A stretch of DNA of 64,000 nt from Candidatus Latescibacterota bacterium (lineage in GTDB: Bacteria; Latescibacterota; UBA2968; UBA8231), in contig OZ244561.1 in assembly GCA_965217585.1 (NCBI GenBank), forward strand, positions 64,001 to 128,000, in the 5' to 3' direction. The notes beneath the pieces were generated by a model. The model did no database searches and was not told where the DNA came from. It saw only the letters and a list, made by a program, of their open reading frames with translations. The translations under genes and the position numbers were made by a program. Shown here piece after piece: positions 9,840 through 19,618 of the stretch (positions are counted from its first letter, which is position 1; each line of letters opens with the position of its first letter).

Positions 9840-10634
9840 ATGCGCTTCTTGACGATTCTCGTGCTCGCCGCCCTCCCACTCGCAACGTACGCCGAAACAG
9901 GTCTGCAAGCGCAGTACGCAGTCCAACGCGCCCTCGAACCGGTCGTCGTCGATGGCAAATTGGACGAATTCTCGTGGGAAAGGGCGCATCAAATCAACCG
10001 CTTTGAGCGCATCCTCAACGATTACGACGAGGTGCTCTTTCCCACGCGGGCGAAGATGCTGTGGGATAGCGACTACTTTTACTTTGCCTTCGTCTGTCAA
10101 GATGCGGACATGTGGGCCATTTACGAAGAGGAAGACGATCCGCTGTGGGGAGAAGAAGTCGTGGAGATTTTTATCGACCCCGACGGCGACGGCAAACGCT
10201 ACCTAGAGCTGGAGGTCAACCCACGCAATGTGGTCGTCGATTTGCTGATCTATTCGGTGTCGCCCGAGTGGCACTCGTCCAAAGACTGGGATATCGCCGG
10301 GCTTAAAACAGCAGTCCAAGCCCACGGCACCGTGAACGACTCGCTCGCGCTCGACTGGGGCTGGACCGCGGAAATCGCCATCCCCTGGGCCGCTTTGGCG
10401 GACAGCGTCACCGGCGGTGCGCGCCCGACAGCAGGCGATGTCTGGCGGCTCAACCTCTACCGCATCGAACGCAAGGGCGGACGCAATCTAAAAAGCCGCC
10501 TAAACGACCTCCAAGACTCTGACGCGCTCCAGCAGCACTACCACGAGCAGACCGAGTACACGGCCTGGAGCGAAACCTACCAGCGCGGCTTTCACCACCC
10601 CGACCGCTTTGGCGCGGTGCAATTTGCGGAATGA
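9840..10634 (+). CDS. Secreted carbohydrate-binding family 9-like protein
   Basis: Signal peptide; motifs VDGKLDE..W, AKMLWD, VEIFIDP, WTAEIAIPW and FHHPDRFG. Confidence 0.8.
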   Translation: MRFLTILVLAALPLATYAETGLQAQYAVQRALEPVVVDGKLDEFSWERAHQINRFERILNDYDEVLFPTRAKMLWDSDYFYFAFVCQDADMWAIYEEEDDPLWGEEVVEIFIDPDGDGKRYLELEVNPRNVVVDLLIYSVSPEWHSSKDWDIAGLKTAVQAHGTVNDSLALDWGWTAEIAIPWAALADSVTGGARPTAGDVWRLNLYRIERKGGRNLKSRLNDLQDSDALQQHYHEQTEYTAWSETYQRGFHHPDRFGAVQFAE

Positions 10635-10640
10635 GTATCC

Positions 10641-11234
10641 ATGAATAAGCTCTTAACCCTCTGCCTTTTGCTCGCCCTGCCGGCGCTGGCCGCGGCCGAC
10701 GAGGAAGGCATGGTATGGATCGGCCCAGACTTCTACATCGACATCTACGAGTACCCCAACCAGCGCGGCACCCTCCCCAAAGTCGACGTCACTTGGGGCG
10801 AAGCGGAATCGCTCTGCGCAGCGCAGGGCAAGCGGCTGTGTACCGAACAGGAATGGCAGAAAGCCTGCACCGGGCCGCAGAACTTCGCGTACTCCTATGG
10901 CGCGGAATTCGAGCCGGGGCGCTGCAATACGCGCTTTGCCGTCGATGGAGTCTGGCAGCGCGGACCGGGCCTAGCGCCCAGCGGCGCGTATGAACGCTGC
11001 ACCAATGTCTACGGGGTCTATGACATGATCGGCAATGCTTGGGAGTGGACCGCATCTTGGTATTCGCGCTCCGACCGCTGGCGGATCGTGCGCGGCGGCT
11101 CCTTTTTCCACAGCGTCAACCTAGCCCGGGCCGACACTCGCTACGGGCGATTCCTCGACTCCGACTACCACCTCGATTTAGTAGGGTTCCGCTGCTGTCG
11201 CTCGGCGGCTCCCCCCCAAGCCCAAGCGCCGTAA
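10641..11234 (+). CDS. Formylglycine-generating enzyme (SUMF1/FGE-sulfatase) family protein
   Basis: Motifs KRLCTEQEW, YGVYDMIGNAWEW, RGGSF and GFRCC. Confidence 0.88.
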   Translation: MNKLLTLCLLLALPALAAADEEGMVWIGPDFYIDIYEYPNQRGTLPKVDVTWGEAESLCAAQGKRLCTEQEWQKACTGPQNFAYSYGAEFEPGRCNTRFAVDGVWQRGPGLAPSGAYERCTNVYGVYDMIGNAWEWTASWYSRSDRWRIVRGGSFFHSVNLARADTRYGRFLDSDYHLDLVGFRCCRSAAPPQAQAP

Positions 11235-11238
11235 CGCC

Positions 11239-11775
11239 ATGGCCATTCGCAAGGTGTCGCGGATGGGGCATCCAGTGCTGCGCCAACGCGCCGCAGAGAT
11301 CCCCCCTGCCCAGATGCAAAGCCCCCAGATGCAGCGCTTAATCGACGACATGATCGAGACCATGATCGACTACGAGGGCATTGGTTTGGCTGCGCCGCAA
11401 GTCTTTGAACCCTTGCGGCTGATCGTCCTCGGCGACCCCGCAGCCGACCCCCAAGACGAGGCCGCCATACCGCTGACCGTGCTCTTCAATCCGCAGTTTA
11501 CCACCCTGTCACCAGAGCGCCTAGATAGCTGGGAAGGCTGCTTGAGCATCCCCCAACTGCGCGGTGTCGTCCCGCGCTCGGCAGCCGTCGAGGTCCGGGG
11601 CTACGACCGCGAGGGTCAAGCGGTGGAGCAGGCGGCAGAGGGGCTTTGCGCCCGCGTCCTCCAGCACGAAATCGACCATCTCGACGGCGTGCTCTTCCCA
11701 GACCGCATGGCCGATCTACAGACCCTTACCTTTCTAGAAGAATGCCAGCGCTATTGGCTCAATGCCGAAGCGTGA
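11239..11775 (+). CDS. def: Peptide deformylase
   Basis: Motifs GIGLAAPQV, EGCLS and QHEIDHLDG. Confidence 0.96.
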   Translation: MAIRKVSRMGHPVLRQRAAEIPPAQMQSPQMQRLIDDMIETMIDYEGIGLAAPQVFEPLRLIVLGDPAADPQDEAAIPLTVLFNPQFTTLSPERLDSWEGCLSIPQLRGVVPRSAAVEVRGYDREGQAVEQAAEGLCARVLQHEIDHLDGVLFPDRMADLQTLTFLEECQRYWLNAEA

Positions 11776-11802
11776 GGCCGCCGGGTCGGTGATAGGGCCG
11801 AC

Positions 11803-11830
11803 TTGACAACCGCCCCAGACCTAGTACTAT
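11803..11830 (+). promoter_or_regulatory. Sigma-70 promoter
   Basis: TTGACA-N16-TACTAT, 36 bp upstream of the oxidoreductase ATG. Confidence 0.55.
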
Positions 11831-11866
11831 GTTTGCGTCCATTTCCCAACCCTCTCAGATACGCCC

Positions 11867-14800
11867 ATGGATCCCCGTTTCTCACTCGAACAAGGCACGG
11901 GCATTTACACCGGCAACGAGCTGATTGTTAAGGGTGCCTTAGAAAGCCAAGTCGGCATCATTACCGGGTACCCCGGCTCGCCCTTGGCCGAGCTTTTCGA
12001 GACCCTCGAAAACAACAAGGACCTCTTTAACGAACACGGCATCGTCGCTCAGATCGCCAACAACGAAGCCCTCGCCGCCGCCCGCCTCAACGGCTCGCAG
12101 ATGGAGGGCATTCGCGCCTTGGCCGTGATGAAGAGCGTCGGCCTGCACGTGGCGGCCGACGGGTTGGCCCTCGGCAATATGGTCGGTGCGTCGCCCAGCG
12201 GGGGTGTCCTAGTCGCCGTGGGCGATGACACCTGGTCCGAGGGGACCCAAGTACCGGCTGACTCGCGCTTTCTATCCCAGCATCTCTACATGCCGGTCCT
12301 CGAACCCGCGACCTTTCAGGAAATCAAGGACTGGATCGGGAAGGGCTTTGAGTTGTCGCGGCGCTCGTGCCTCTATCTGACCTATCTGGTCACCTCCAAC
12401 CAAGCCGACGGTGGTGGCAGCGTCACCGTCTATCCCAACCGCTTTCCCGCTCTCAACCGCAAGCAGCGCATCGCGCTGGACACCAGCGCCATTTGCTCTG
12501 ACGACCGCGTCATCATCCCGCCGGCCACGGCGCACAAAGAGCGCGAAGTCGTCCACCAGCGCTATCCCCACCTGTGGCAGCTAGCGCGGGAGGCGGGCAT
12601 CAACCAAATCCTCTATCCTCCGAGCGCGGCCCCCAAGCCGCTGGGCTTTATCACCTCTGGCTTGGCTTATAGCTATCTCGAACACGCCCTACACATCCTC
12701 GGGCTGACCGGGCATTTCCCCATCCTCAAGCTGGGCATTACCTACCCGGTCGATCCCCACATGATCGCGCGCTTTGCCGATTGCGCGCAGACCTTCTGCG
12801 TGGTCGAGGAAAAGCGGCCCTTTATCGAGCCGCAGATCGCCGCCGAGTTGGCGCGGCAACAAGACCTCGGCCCCGCGCTGTGGGGCAAGCACTTCCCGGG
12901 CAATGTCCCGGGCTTTCCCGATGTCCAAGGCCTGCACCCCTCGCTCATCGTCCAAACCCTATCGCGCCTCTTCGCTGCGCTGGACGCCGAGCTACCCATC
13001 GACCGCGAGAAACTACAGGCCGAACTCGACGCCTTGGCACCCGTGCCCTCCACCACGACCGTGCCACCGCGCGCGCCCTCTTTCTGCCCGGGGTGCCCAC
13101 ATCGCGACTCGGCTAGCGTGCTCAAGAAAGCCGCGGCCGACTTGGCTGCGCCGCCCGAGGGCCAGGCTCCCGTAGATTTGGTCTTCCACGGCGACATCGG
13201 CTGCTATTCCATGCTCAAATACGCGCCGTTTTCCGAGTTGATGCACAATCTTTCCGGCATGGGCTTGGGCGGCGGCACCGGCGCGGGCATCGACCCCTTC
13301 ATCGATAACAAACAGGTCGTCTTCATGGGGGATTCGACCTTTTTCCACACCGGTATGATCGCCATCTCCGACTCGATCAAAAACGGCCAGGACATCACCT
13401 ACATCATCCTCGACAACAAGACCACGGCCATGACCGGGCACCAGCCCACCCCGGGTGTGGATGTCGATGTCCTCGGCAAACCGACCTTTGCCCAAGACAT
13501 CGAAAAGACCGTCGCCGGCCTAGCCGGGGACTCGTCGGCTTTTATCGCCCGCATGGACCCATCCCAACGCCAGGCCTACGACGCCCTCGTCCGCAAAACC
13601 TTGCTCCGCGACGGGGTCAAAATCATCATCGCCGACAAGGAATGCGGCATCACCTACCACCGCCGCGAGCGGGCGCGCCAGAGCGCGATCGCCAAAGAAC
13701 AGGGCTTCCTGCCGGTCGAAAAGCACATCAACATCAGCGAAGACGTCTGCGAGTACTGCCTCGAATGCACCCAGGCCACCGGATGCAGCGGCCTGACGGT
13801 CGCGGCCGCCACCGAGTACGGCCCCAAGATCGCCATCGACTCTTCCTCCTGCGTTGCCGACGGGGCCTGCACCCGGGTCGAAGTCGGCGATGGCGACAAA
13901 ACCTGTCCCTCGTTTGAGGAGATCACCGTCCATCGCAAAGCCCCACCCACCGTCTCGACCCCTCCCATTGACGTCGGCCAGTTGCCCACGCCCGCACACC
14001 GTCCCCTCTCCGACATCTGGTACACCTACATAGCCGGGGTCGGCGGCATGGGCGTCAATGTAGTGGCCTCGGTGCTGGCTCAAGCCGGGGTGCGGCAGGG
14101 CTACGAGGTGCGGCTGACCAACAAGAAAGGGCTGGCCATCCGCAACGGCTCGGTCTATTCGCATTTGAGCTACGCGCCCAAGGGCACCCCGGTCTCCCCG
14201 CTGATTCCCTGCGGCAAGGCCGACTTGCTCTTCGGGCTCGACGTACTCGAAGCGGCGCGGGGCCTCGAACCCCAAGGCCGCTACCGCATCGCCCACCCGG
14301 AGCGCACCGCAGCCATCGTCAATACCGCCAAGACCCCCACGATCGACACCCTCATCGGCCAAGAGGACTTCTCGGCCGAAGTCCAAGCCGACCTGATCCA
14401 CCAACACACCCGCCAAGACGCGTACTTCGGCGCGGATCTCTTCCGCATCTGCGAGCACTACTTGGGCAACAAGCTCTACGCCAACATCATGATGCTCGGC
14501 GTGGCCTTCCAGCGCGGGTTGCTCTCCCTAGAACTAGACACCTTGCTCTGGGCCATAGGCCGAGCCGTGCGCCGCGACTTAGAAACGAATCTAAAAGCCT
14601 TTAACATGGGGCGGTACCTAGCGCTCGATCCGAACCATTTTCCACTCGAAGAAAAACCACTTAGCTACGCCGAACTCGTCGCCGATAAAACTGCGCTACT
14701 GGCCCGGACGCGGGGCAAGCGCGTCGCCGAGGCCTACCGCGACCACATCCGCGATACGCCCATCGTCGTAGCGCGACGGCACTTCGCGCTGCGGGTGTAC

Positions 14801-15421
14801 GACCTAATCCAGTACGAAGACCTCGATTACGCCGACCGCTATATCCACCAAGTGCTCTCAGTGCAAGCCAAAGACGGACCCGAGCGCAATTTCGCAGCCA
14901 CCCGCGCGGTCATCCACCAGCTCGCCAAGGTCCTCGCCATCAAGGACGAAATCTACGTGGCCTATCTGCTCACCTGCGAGGAGAAGTACCGCCGCGACCG
15001 CCGCCGCTACAACATCGACCCGAGCCGCGGCGACCGCATCCGCTACCGCCACCTGAACCGGCCGCACCTGCGCCTGTTTGGCCGCGACTTTCGCCCGGAT
15101 ATCAAGCTGGGCGATAGGCCGCTGAAGTTGATCGCCCGCATGAAGTTCCTCCGCCGGCTCTGCTCCTCGTGGTGGCACCGCGAAGAACGCGACTTCGCCG
15201 CTTGGTACGAAAGCCTGATCGCCGACTTTTCCCCTCGCTCCGCAGACGAGTACGACACTTGGGTGCAAGTTCTGTCGCTGCCCGAGGAGGTGCGCGGCTA
15301 CCGCGGCGTCCGGCAGCCCAAGATGGAGGCGGCCAAGGAGCGGGCCGCCGAGCTGCTAGCCGGGCGCGAGATCGCCCCAGACCCGGCGCTGTTGCAGATC
15401 CCCGTATCCACTGTAAGCTAA
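11867..15421 (+). CDS. Indolepyruvate:ferredoxin oxidoreductase family protein (fused alpha/beta, TPP and Fe-S)
   Basis: GYPGSP, FCPGCPH, GDIGC, TPP motif MGDSTFFH..TTAMTGHQP, CxxCxxC ferredoxin-like segment and POR gamma-like GVGGMG. Confidence 0.88.
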   Translation: MDPRFSLEQGTGIYTGNELIVKGALESQVGIITGYPGSPLAELFETLENNKDLFNEHGIVAQIANNEALAAARLNGSQMEGIRALAVMKSVGLHVAADGLALGNMVGASPSGGVLVAVGDDTWSEGTQVPADSRFLSQHLYMPVLEPATFQEIKDWIGKGFELSRRSCLYLTYLVTSNQADGGGSVTVYPNRFPALNRKQRIALDTSAICSDDRVIIPPATAHKEREVVHQRYPHLWQLAREAGINQILYPPSAAPKPLGFITSGLAYSYLEHALHILGLTGHFPILKLGITYPVDPHMIARFADCAQTFCVVEEKRPFIEPQIAAELARQQDLGPALWGKHFPGNVPGFPDVQGLHPSLIVQTLSRLFAALDAELPIDREKLQAELDALAPVPSTTTVPPRAPSFCPGCPHRDSASVLKKAAADLAAPPEGQAPVDLVFHGDIGCYSMLKYAPFSELMHNLSGMGLGGGTGAGIDPFIDNKQVVFMGDSTFFHTGMIAISDSIKNGQDITYIILDNKTTAMTGHQPTPGVDVDVLGKPTFAQDIEKTVAGLAGDSSAFIARMDPSQRQAYDALVRKTLLRDGVKIIIADKECGITYHRRERARQSAIAKEQGFLPVEKHINISEDVCEYCLECTQATGCSGLTVAAATEYGPKIAIDSSSCVADGACTRVEVGDGDKTCPSFEEITVHRKAPPTVSTPPIDVGQLPTPAHRPLSDIWYTYIAGVGGMGVNVVASVLAQAGVRQGYEVRLTNKKGLAIRNGSVYSHLSYAPKGTPVSPLIPCGKADLLFGLDVLEAARGLEPQGRYRIAHPERTAAIVNTAKTPTIDTLIGQEDFSAEVQADLIHQHTRQDAYFGADLFRICEHYLGNKLYANIMMLGVAFQRGLLSLELDTLLWAIGRAVRRDLETNLKAFNMGRYLALDPNHFPLEEKPLSYAELVADKTALLARTRGKRVAEAYRDHIRDTPIVVARRHFALRVYDLIQYEDLDYADRYIHQVLSVQAKDGPERNFAATRAVIHQLAKVLAIKDEIYVAYLLTCEEKYRRDRRRYNIDPSRGDRIRYRHLNRPHLRLFGRDFRPDIKLGDRPLKLIARMKFLRRLCSSWWHREERDFAAWYESLIADFSPRSADEYDTWVQVLSLPEEVRGYRGVRQPKMEAAKERAAELLAGREIAPDPALLQIPVSTVS

Positions 15422-15425
15422 CCTC

Positions 15426-15893
15426 GTGATTCGCCCCTATCGCCCAGAGGACTTGGCCGTGCTCAAGCGCATTACGGCCGTCTGCTTCCCCGGGGTATCC
15501 ATCGACCACAACATCGAGCAGCGCTTCGGGCTAATCGGCGACCGCGACTGGCAATTTCGCAAGCTGCGCCATATTGACGACGACGTGGCCGGCGAGCGGG
15601 CGAGCGGCGTCTTTGTATGGGAATCAGACGGCGAGATCGTCGGCTACATCACCACCCGCATCGACCACGAGAGCAAAATCGGCGGGATTCCCAACCTTGC
15701 CGTCCTGCCGCACCGCCAAGGTGAGGGCATGGGCCGCCAGCTCTTAGAGCACGCCCTAGCGCACCTGCGCGCCGCCGGTATGGAGTGCGCCAAAATCGAG
15801 ACGCTGGCGCAAAACCCCATCGGCGCGCACTTGTATCCCAGCCTCGGTTTTGAGGAAGTCGCCCGCCAGATCCACTATTGCACGCGCCTTTGA
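15426..15893 (+). CDS. GNAT family N-acetyltransferase
   Basis: Acetyl-CoA motif LAVLPHRQGEGMGRQLL and LYPSLGF. Confidence 0.88.
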   Translation: MIRPYRPEDLAVLKRITAVCFPGVSIDHNIEQRFGLIGDRDWQFRKLRHIDDDVAGERASGVFVWESDGEIVGYITTRIDHESKIGGIPNLAVLPHRQGEGMGRQLLEHALAHLRAAGMECAKIETLAQNPIGAHLYPSLGFEEVARQIHYCTRL

Positions 15894-15905
15894 ATTGGTA
15901 ACGAC

Positions 15906-16586
15906 ATGACGCCGAAAGAAGCCGCAGGCCGCCGCGCCGCCGAATACATTGAAGCCGATATGATCGTGGGATTGGGCACTGGCTCGACCGTCGAATGGAC
16001 CATCCGCGCCCTCGGGGAGCGCGTCGCGGCCGGGCTGGCGGTTACGGCCATCCCCACCTCAGAAGCCACGACCGCCTTAGCCCACTCCCTCGACATTGAA
16101 CTGACGACGCTCGCCGAAGTGTCCAGCGTCGATTTGACCATCGACGGGGCCGACGAGGTCGATCCCAGCCTCGACTTAATCAAGGGCCTCGGCGGCGCGC
16201 TCCTGCGCGAGAAAATCGTCGCCTCCATCACCGCGCGCCAAATCATTGTCGCTGATCCATCCAAGCTAGTCGATCGGCTCGGCACCAAGGCCCCGCTGCC
16301 GGTCGAGGTCGTCCCTTGGGCCCATCCCCTCGTCGCGCGGGGTCTCGAAGAGCGGGGCCTCGCCCCGGCCTTGCGCTTGCGCGCTCCGAACATCCCGTTT
16401 GTCACCGACAACGGCAACTACGTCATCGACGCTCGCTTTCCCGAGGGGATCGACGACGCCCGCGCAACCGAGCGCTGGCTCAACACCCTGCCTGGGGTCG
16501 TGGAAAACGGACTTTTTATCGGGATGACCCATCTCGTGATCGTCGGCCAAGACGACGGCTCCTGCCACCTGATCAACAAAAGCTGA
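15906..16586 (+). CDS. rpiA: Ribose-5-phosphate isomerase A
   Basis: Motifs GLGTGST, IDGADEVD and IKGLGGALLREKIVA. Confidence 0.96.
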   Translation: MTPKEAAGRRAAEYIEADMIVGLGTGSTVEWTIRALGERVAAGLAVTAIPTSEATTALAHSLDIELTTLAEVSSVDLTIDGADEVDPSLDLIKGLGGALLREKIVASITARQIIVADPSKLVDRLGTKAPLPVEVVPWAHPLVARGLEERGLAPALRLRAPNIPFVTDNGNYVIDARFPEGIDDARATERWLNTLPGVVENGLFIGMTHLVIVGQDDGSCHLINKS

Positions 16587-16593
16587 GATTCCT

Positions 16594-17721
16594 ATGCACG
16601 ATTCTGCACCACGCTCGCGCCGCTCCTTTCTGCAAAGCGCCCCGCTGCTAGCGGCTGGCACCTTGGCCGCCTGTGGCGAGAGCCAGCAACAGCAAGCGGC
16701 CCCGGCCGTCCAATCCCAACAGCACTTCAAGTGGAAGATGGTCACCACCTGGCCCAAGGACTTTCCGGCTTTGGGCACCGGAGCCAACAACCTCGCCCAC
16801 AGCATTGCGGCTCTCTCCGGGGGACGCCTGCAAGTCAAGGTGTACGGCGCGGGTGAGCTGGTGCCGGCCTCGGGCGTATTCGACGCGGTCTCCGGCGGCA
16901 CCGCCGAGATGGGCCACGGAGCCGCTTACTACTGGAAGGGCAAGCACGAGGCGACCCAGTTTTTCTCGGCCGTCCCTTTTGGGCTAAACGCGGCCGAGAT
17001 CAACGGCTGGCTGCGCTATGGTGGCGGCCAGAGCCTGTGGGACGAACTCTACGCCGACTTCAACCTCCGAGCCTTTCCCGTCGGCAACACCGGCGTGCAG
17101 ATGGGCGGTTGGTTCAACAGGGAAATCAACACCTTGGCTGACTTCTCCGGCTTGGTCATGCGGATGCCGGGCTTGGGCGGCGAGGTCCTGCGCCGCCTAG
17201 AAGTCACGGTCAAAGCCCTGCCCGGCGGCGAGATTTTCCAAGCCCTCAAGACCGGTGCCATCGACGCCACCGAATGGGTCGGCCCGTACAACGATCTCGC
17301 CTTTGGGCTGCACCAAGCCGCCCAATACTACTACTGGCCGGGCTGGCACGAGCCGGGAACGGCGCTAGAGTGCATGGTCAACAAGCAAGCCTTGGAAGCC
17401 CTCCCCTCCGACCTCCAAGCAGTCGTCGCATACGCCTGCCAAGCGGCCAACGACGACATGCTCAGCGAGTTCACCGCGCGCAATAGCCAAGCCCTCAAGA
17501 CCTTGGTGGACGAACACGGCGTCCAACTCCGGCGCTTCTCCGACGAGCTCTTGGCGCAAATCGGCAAAGTGTCCGCCGAAGTCGTCGCCGAGATCGCGGG
17601 CCAAGACCCCTTTTCCAGCCGGGTCTATAGCTCGTTTGATGCCTTCCGCAAAAACTCCATCGCGTACACGCGCATCTCCGAGGAAGCCTATACCCAGGCC
17701 CGCGCCCTGACCTTTGGCTGA
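16594..17721 (+). CDS. dctP: TRAP transporter substrate-binding protein (TakP/DctP family), Tat signal
   Basis: Twin-arginine RRSFL; WKMVTTWP, GNTGVQMGGWF, MRMPGLGG and EWVGPYND. Confidence 0.92.
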   Translation: MHDSAPRSRRSFLQSAPLLAAGTLAACGESQQQQAAPAVQSQQHFKWKMVTTWPKDFPALGTGANNLAHSIAALSGGRLQVKVYGAGELVPASGVFDAVSGGTAEMGHGAAYYWKGKHEATQFFSAVPFGLNAAEINGWLRYGGGQSLWDELYADFNLRAFPVGNTGVQMGGWFNREINTLADFSGLVMRMPGLGGEVLRRLEVTVKALPGGEIFQALKTGAIDATEWVGPYNDLAFGLHQAAQYYYWPGWHEPGTALECMVNKQALEALPSDLQAVVAYACQAANDDMLSEFTARNSQALKTLVDEHGVQLRRFSDELLAQIGKVSAEVVAEIAGQDPFSSRVYSSFDAFRKNSIAYTRISEEAYTQARALTFG

Positions 17722-17729
17722 CGCCCGGT

Positions 17730-18206
17730 ATGGAACGCCTCAACCGCTTCATCGTCCACACCGTGCCTTGGCTGACGCTGGGTATGGTCTTGGTGACCTT
17801 TGTCATCGTGATCTTGCGCTATCTCTTTGGGCGCGGCTGGGTCTGGATGCAGGAAATAGCCCTGTACATGCACGCCTTTACCTTCCTCCTCGCGGCCGGC
17901 TACACCCTCTCGCGCGACGCGCACGTCCGCGTCGATATCCTCTACCGGCCCTTGGGCGTCCGCCGCAAAGCCCTAGTCAACCTCTTGGGCAGCGCGCTGC
18001 TGCTGATCCCCTGCTGCTCGGTGCTGTTCTACCAGTCGCTGCCCTTTGTCGCCGGCTCTTGGGCCGTGCTCGAAGGCTCCCAAGACGGCGGCGGCTTAGA
18101 GGCAGTCTATCTGCTCAAAACCGCCATTCCCCTGTGCTTCGCGCTGCTGTTTTTGCAAGCTCTAGCCATCATTCACCACAGCGTACAAACCCTCCGCACC
18201 CAATGA
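17730..18206 (+). CDS. dctQ: TRAP transporter small permease
   Basis: Four hydrophobic segments and the HVRVDILY motif. Confidence 0.9.
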   Translation: MERLNRFIVHTVPWLTLGMVLVTFVIVILRYLFGRGWVWMQEIALYMHAFTFLLAAGYTLSRDAHVRVDILYRPLGVRRKALVNLLGSALLLIPCCSVLFYQSLPFVAGSWAVLEGSQDGGGLEAVYLLKTAIPLCFALLFLQALAIIHHSVQTLRTQ

Positions 18207-19597
18207 GCGAACTCGTGCCGCTGGCCATGTTTCTCTGCACCTTCGCGGTGCTGCTATCCGGCTTCCCAGTGGCCTTTTGCCTCGCGGGTACAGCCCTGAG
18301 CTTCGCCGGTCTCGGCGTCCTCACCGGCCACTTTGACGCGGCCTTTCTCTCGGCTTTGCCGTCCCGCATCTACGGCATCATGTCCAACGAAACCCTGATG
18401 GCCGTGCCGCTGTTCGTCTTTATGGGAGTCGTGCTAGAGCGCTCGAAAATCGCCGAGGACCTGCTCGAAACCATGGCCCAACTCTGCGGCAGCTTGTGCG
18501 GCGGGCTGGGGATTTCGGTCTGCCTCGTCGGGGGCCTGTTGGCGGCCTCCACCGGCATCGTCGGCGCGACGGTCGTCACCATGGGCCTCATTTCGCTGCC
18601 GGCGATGCTCAAACGCGCGTACTCCCCAGCGGTTGCCACCGGCATTATCTGCGCTTCGGGGACGCTCGGCCAGATCATTCCGCCCAGTATTGTACTGGTC
18701 ATCCTCGGCGATGTCGTCTCCTCGGCGTACCAGCAGGCCCAGCTCAAAATGGGCAATTTCGCCCCGGTCTCGGTGTCGGTCGGCGACCTCTTTATGGGCG
18801 CACTCATACCCGGTCTCGTACTGATGGGCCTCTATATCCTCTATATAGTCGTCCTCGGCCTCCTCAAGCCAGCCGCCGTGCCAGCCATCCCGGCGGAGGA
18901 GCGCGCGCAAATCCTCAGCGCGGCCTTCTTCCGCCGCCTCGGCGCGGCCCTCGTGCCGCCCCTAGTCCTCATCGGCGGGGTGCTCGGCTCCATCCTCTTC
19001 GGGGTGGCCACCCCGACCGAGGCGGCTTCGGTCGGCGCAGTTGGTGCCATGCTCTTGGCGCTGGCCAAAGGGCACTTCAACCGCGCCGCGCTCAAAGAAG
19101 TCATGCGCACCACCACCGAGATCAACGCCATGGTCTTTATCATACTCATCGGCGCGAGCGTGTTTTCGTTGGTCTTTCGCGGCTACGGAGGTGACGAAGC
19201 GGTCGAGAGCTTTCTGACCCATGAGGTGACCGGCGGCGTGCTCGGCTCTTTCGCGCTGGTGATGGCGGTGATGTTTTTGCTCGGCTTCTTTCTCGACTTC
19301 TTCGAGATCATCTTCGTCGTCGTCCCCATCGTCGGCCCGATCCTCTTGGCGATGGGCTTAGATCCAGTGTGGTTCGGCGTGATGATCGCCCTGAATTTGC
19401 AGACCTCTTTTCTCACGCCCCCGTTTGGCTTCTCGCTCTTTTATCTGCGCGGCGTCGCTCCCCCTGAGATCAGCACGCCGCAGATCTACCGGGGGGTCGT
19501 GCCCTTTATCGCCATTCAGGTGCTGCTGTTGGTGGGGCTGTGGTTCGTGCCGGAGCTGGCTATGTATCTGCCGACGAGGGTGTTCGGACGCGGGTAA
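18203..19597 (+). CDS. dctM: TRAP transporter large permease
   Basis: Motifs LMAVPLFVFMG, SGTLGQIIPPS, ATPTEAA and QTSFLTPPFG. ATG at 18203 overlaps the dctQ stop. Confidence 0.93.
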   Translation: MSELVPLAMFLCTFAVLLSGFPVAFCLAGTALSFAGLGVLTGHFDAAFLSALPSRIYGIMSNETLMAVPLFVFMGVVLERSKIAEDLLETMAQLCGSLCGGLGISVCLVGGLLAASTGIVGATVVTMGLISLPAMLKRAYSPAVATGIICASGTLGQIIPPSIVLVILGDVVSSAYQQAQLKMGNFAPVSVSVGDLFMGALIPGLVLMGLYILYIVVLGLLKPAAVPAIPAEERAQILSAAFFRRLGAALVPPLVLIGGVLGSILFGVATPTEAASVGAVGAMLLALAKGHFNRAALKEVMRTTTEINAMVFIILIGASVFSLVFRGYGGDEAVESFLTHEVTGGVLGSFALVMAVMFLLGFFLDFFEIIFVVVPIVGPILLAMGLDPVWFGVMIALNLQTSFLTPPFGFSLFYLRGVAPPEISTPQIYRGVVPFIAIQVLLLVGLWFVPELAMYLPTRVFGRG

Positions 19598-19618
19598 GGT
19601 TTCTGCGAGGCCAAGTGC

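Noticed and set aside
17714-18202. Long N-terminal extension of DctM (and similar extensions at 7105, 8105, 22896, 37495 and 47443)
   Set aside because: These overlap upstream genes or intergenic DNA; downstream ATGs with an RBS or translational coupling fit the families better.
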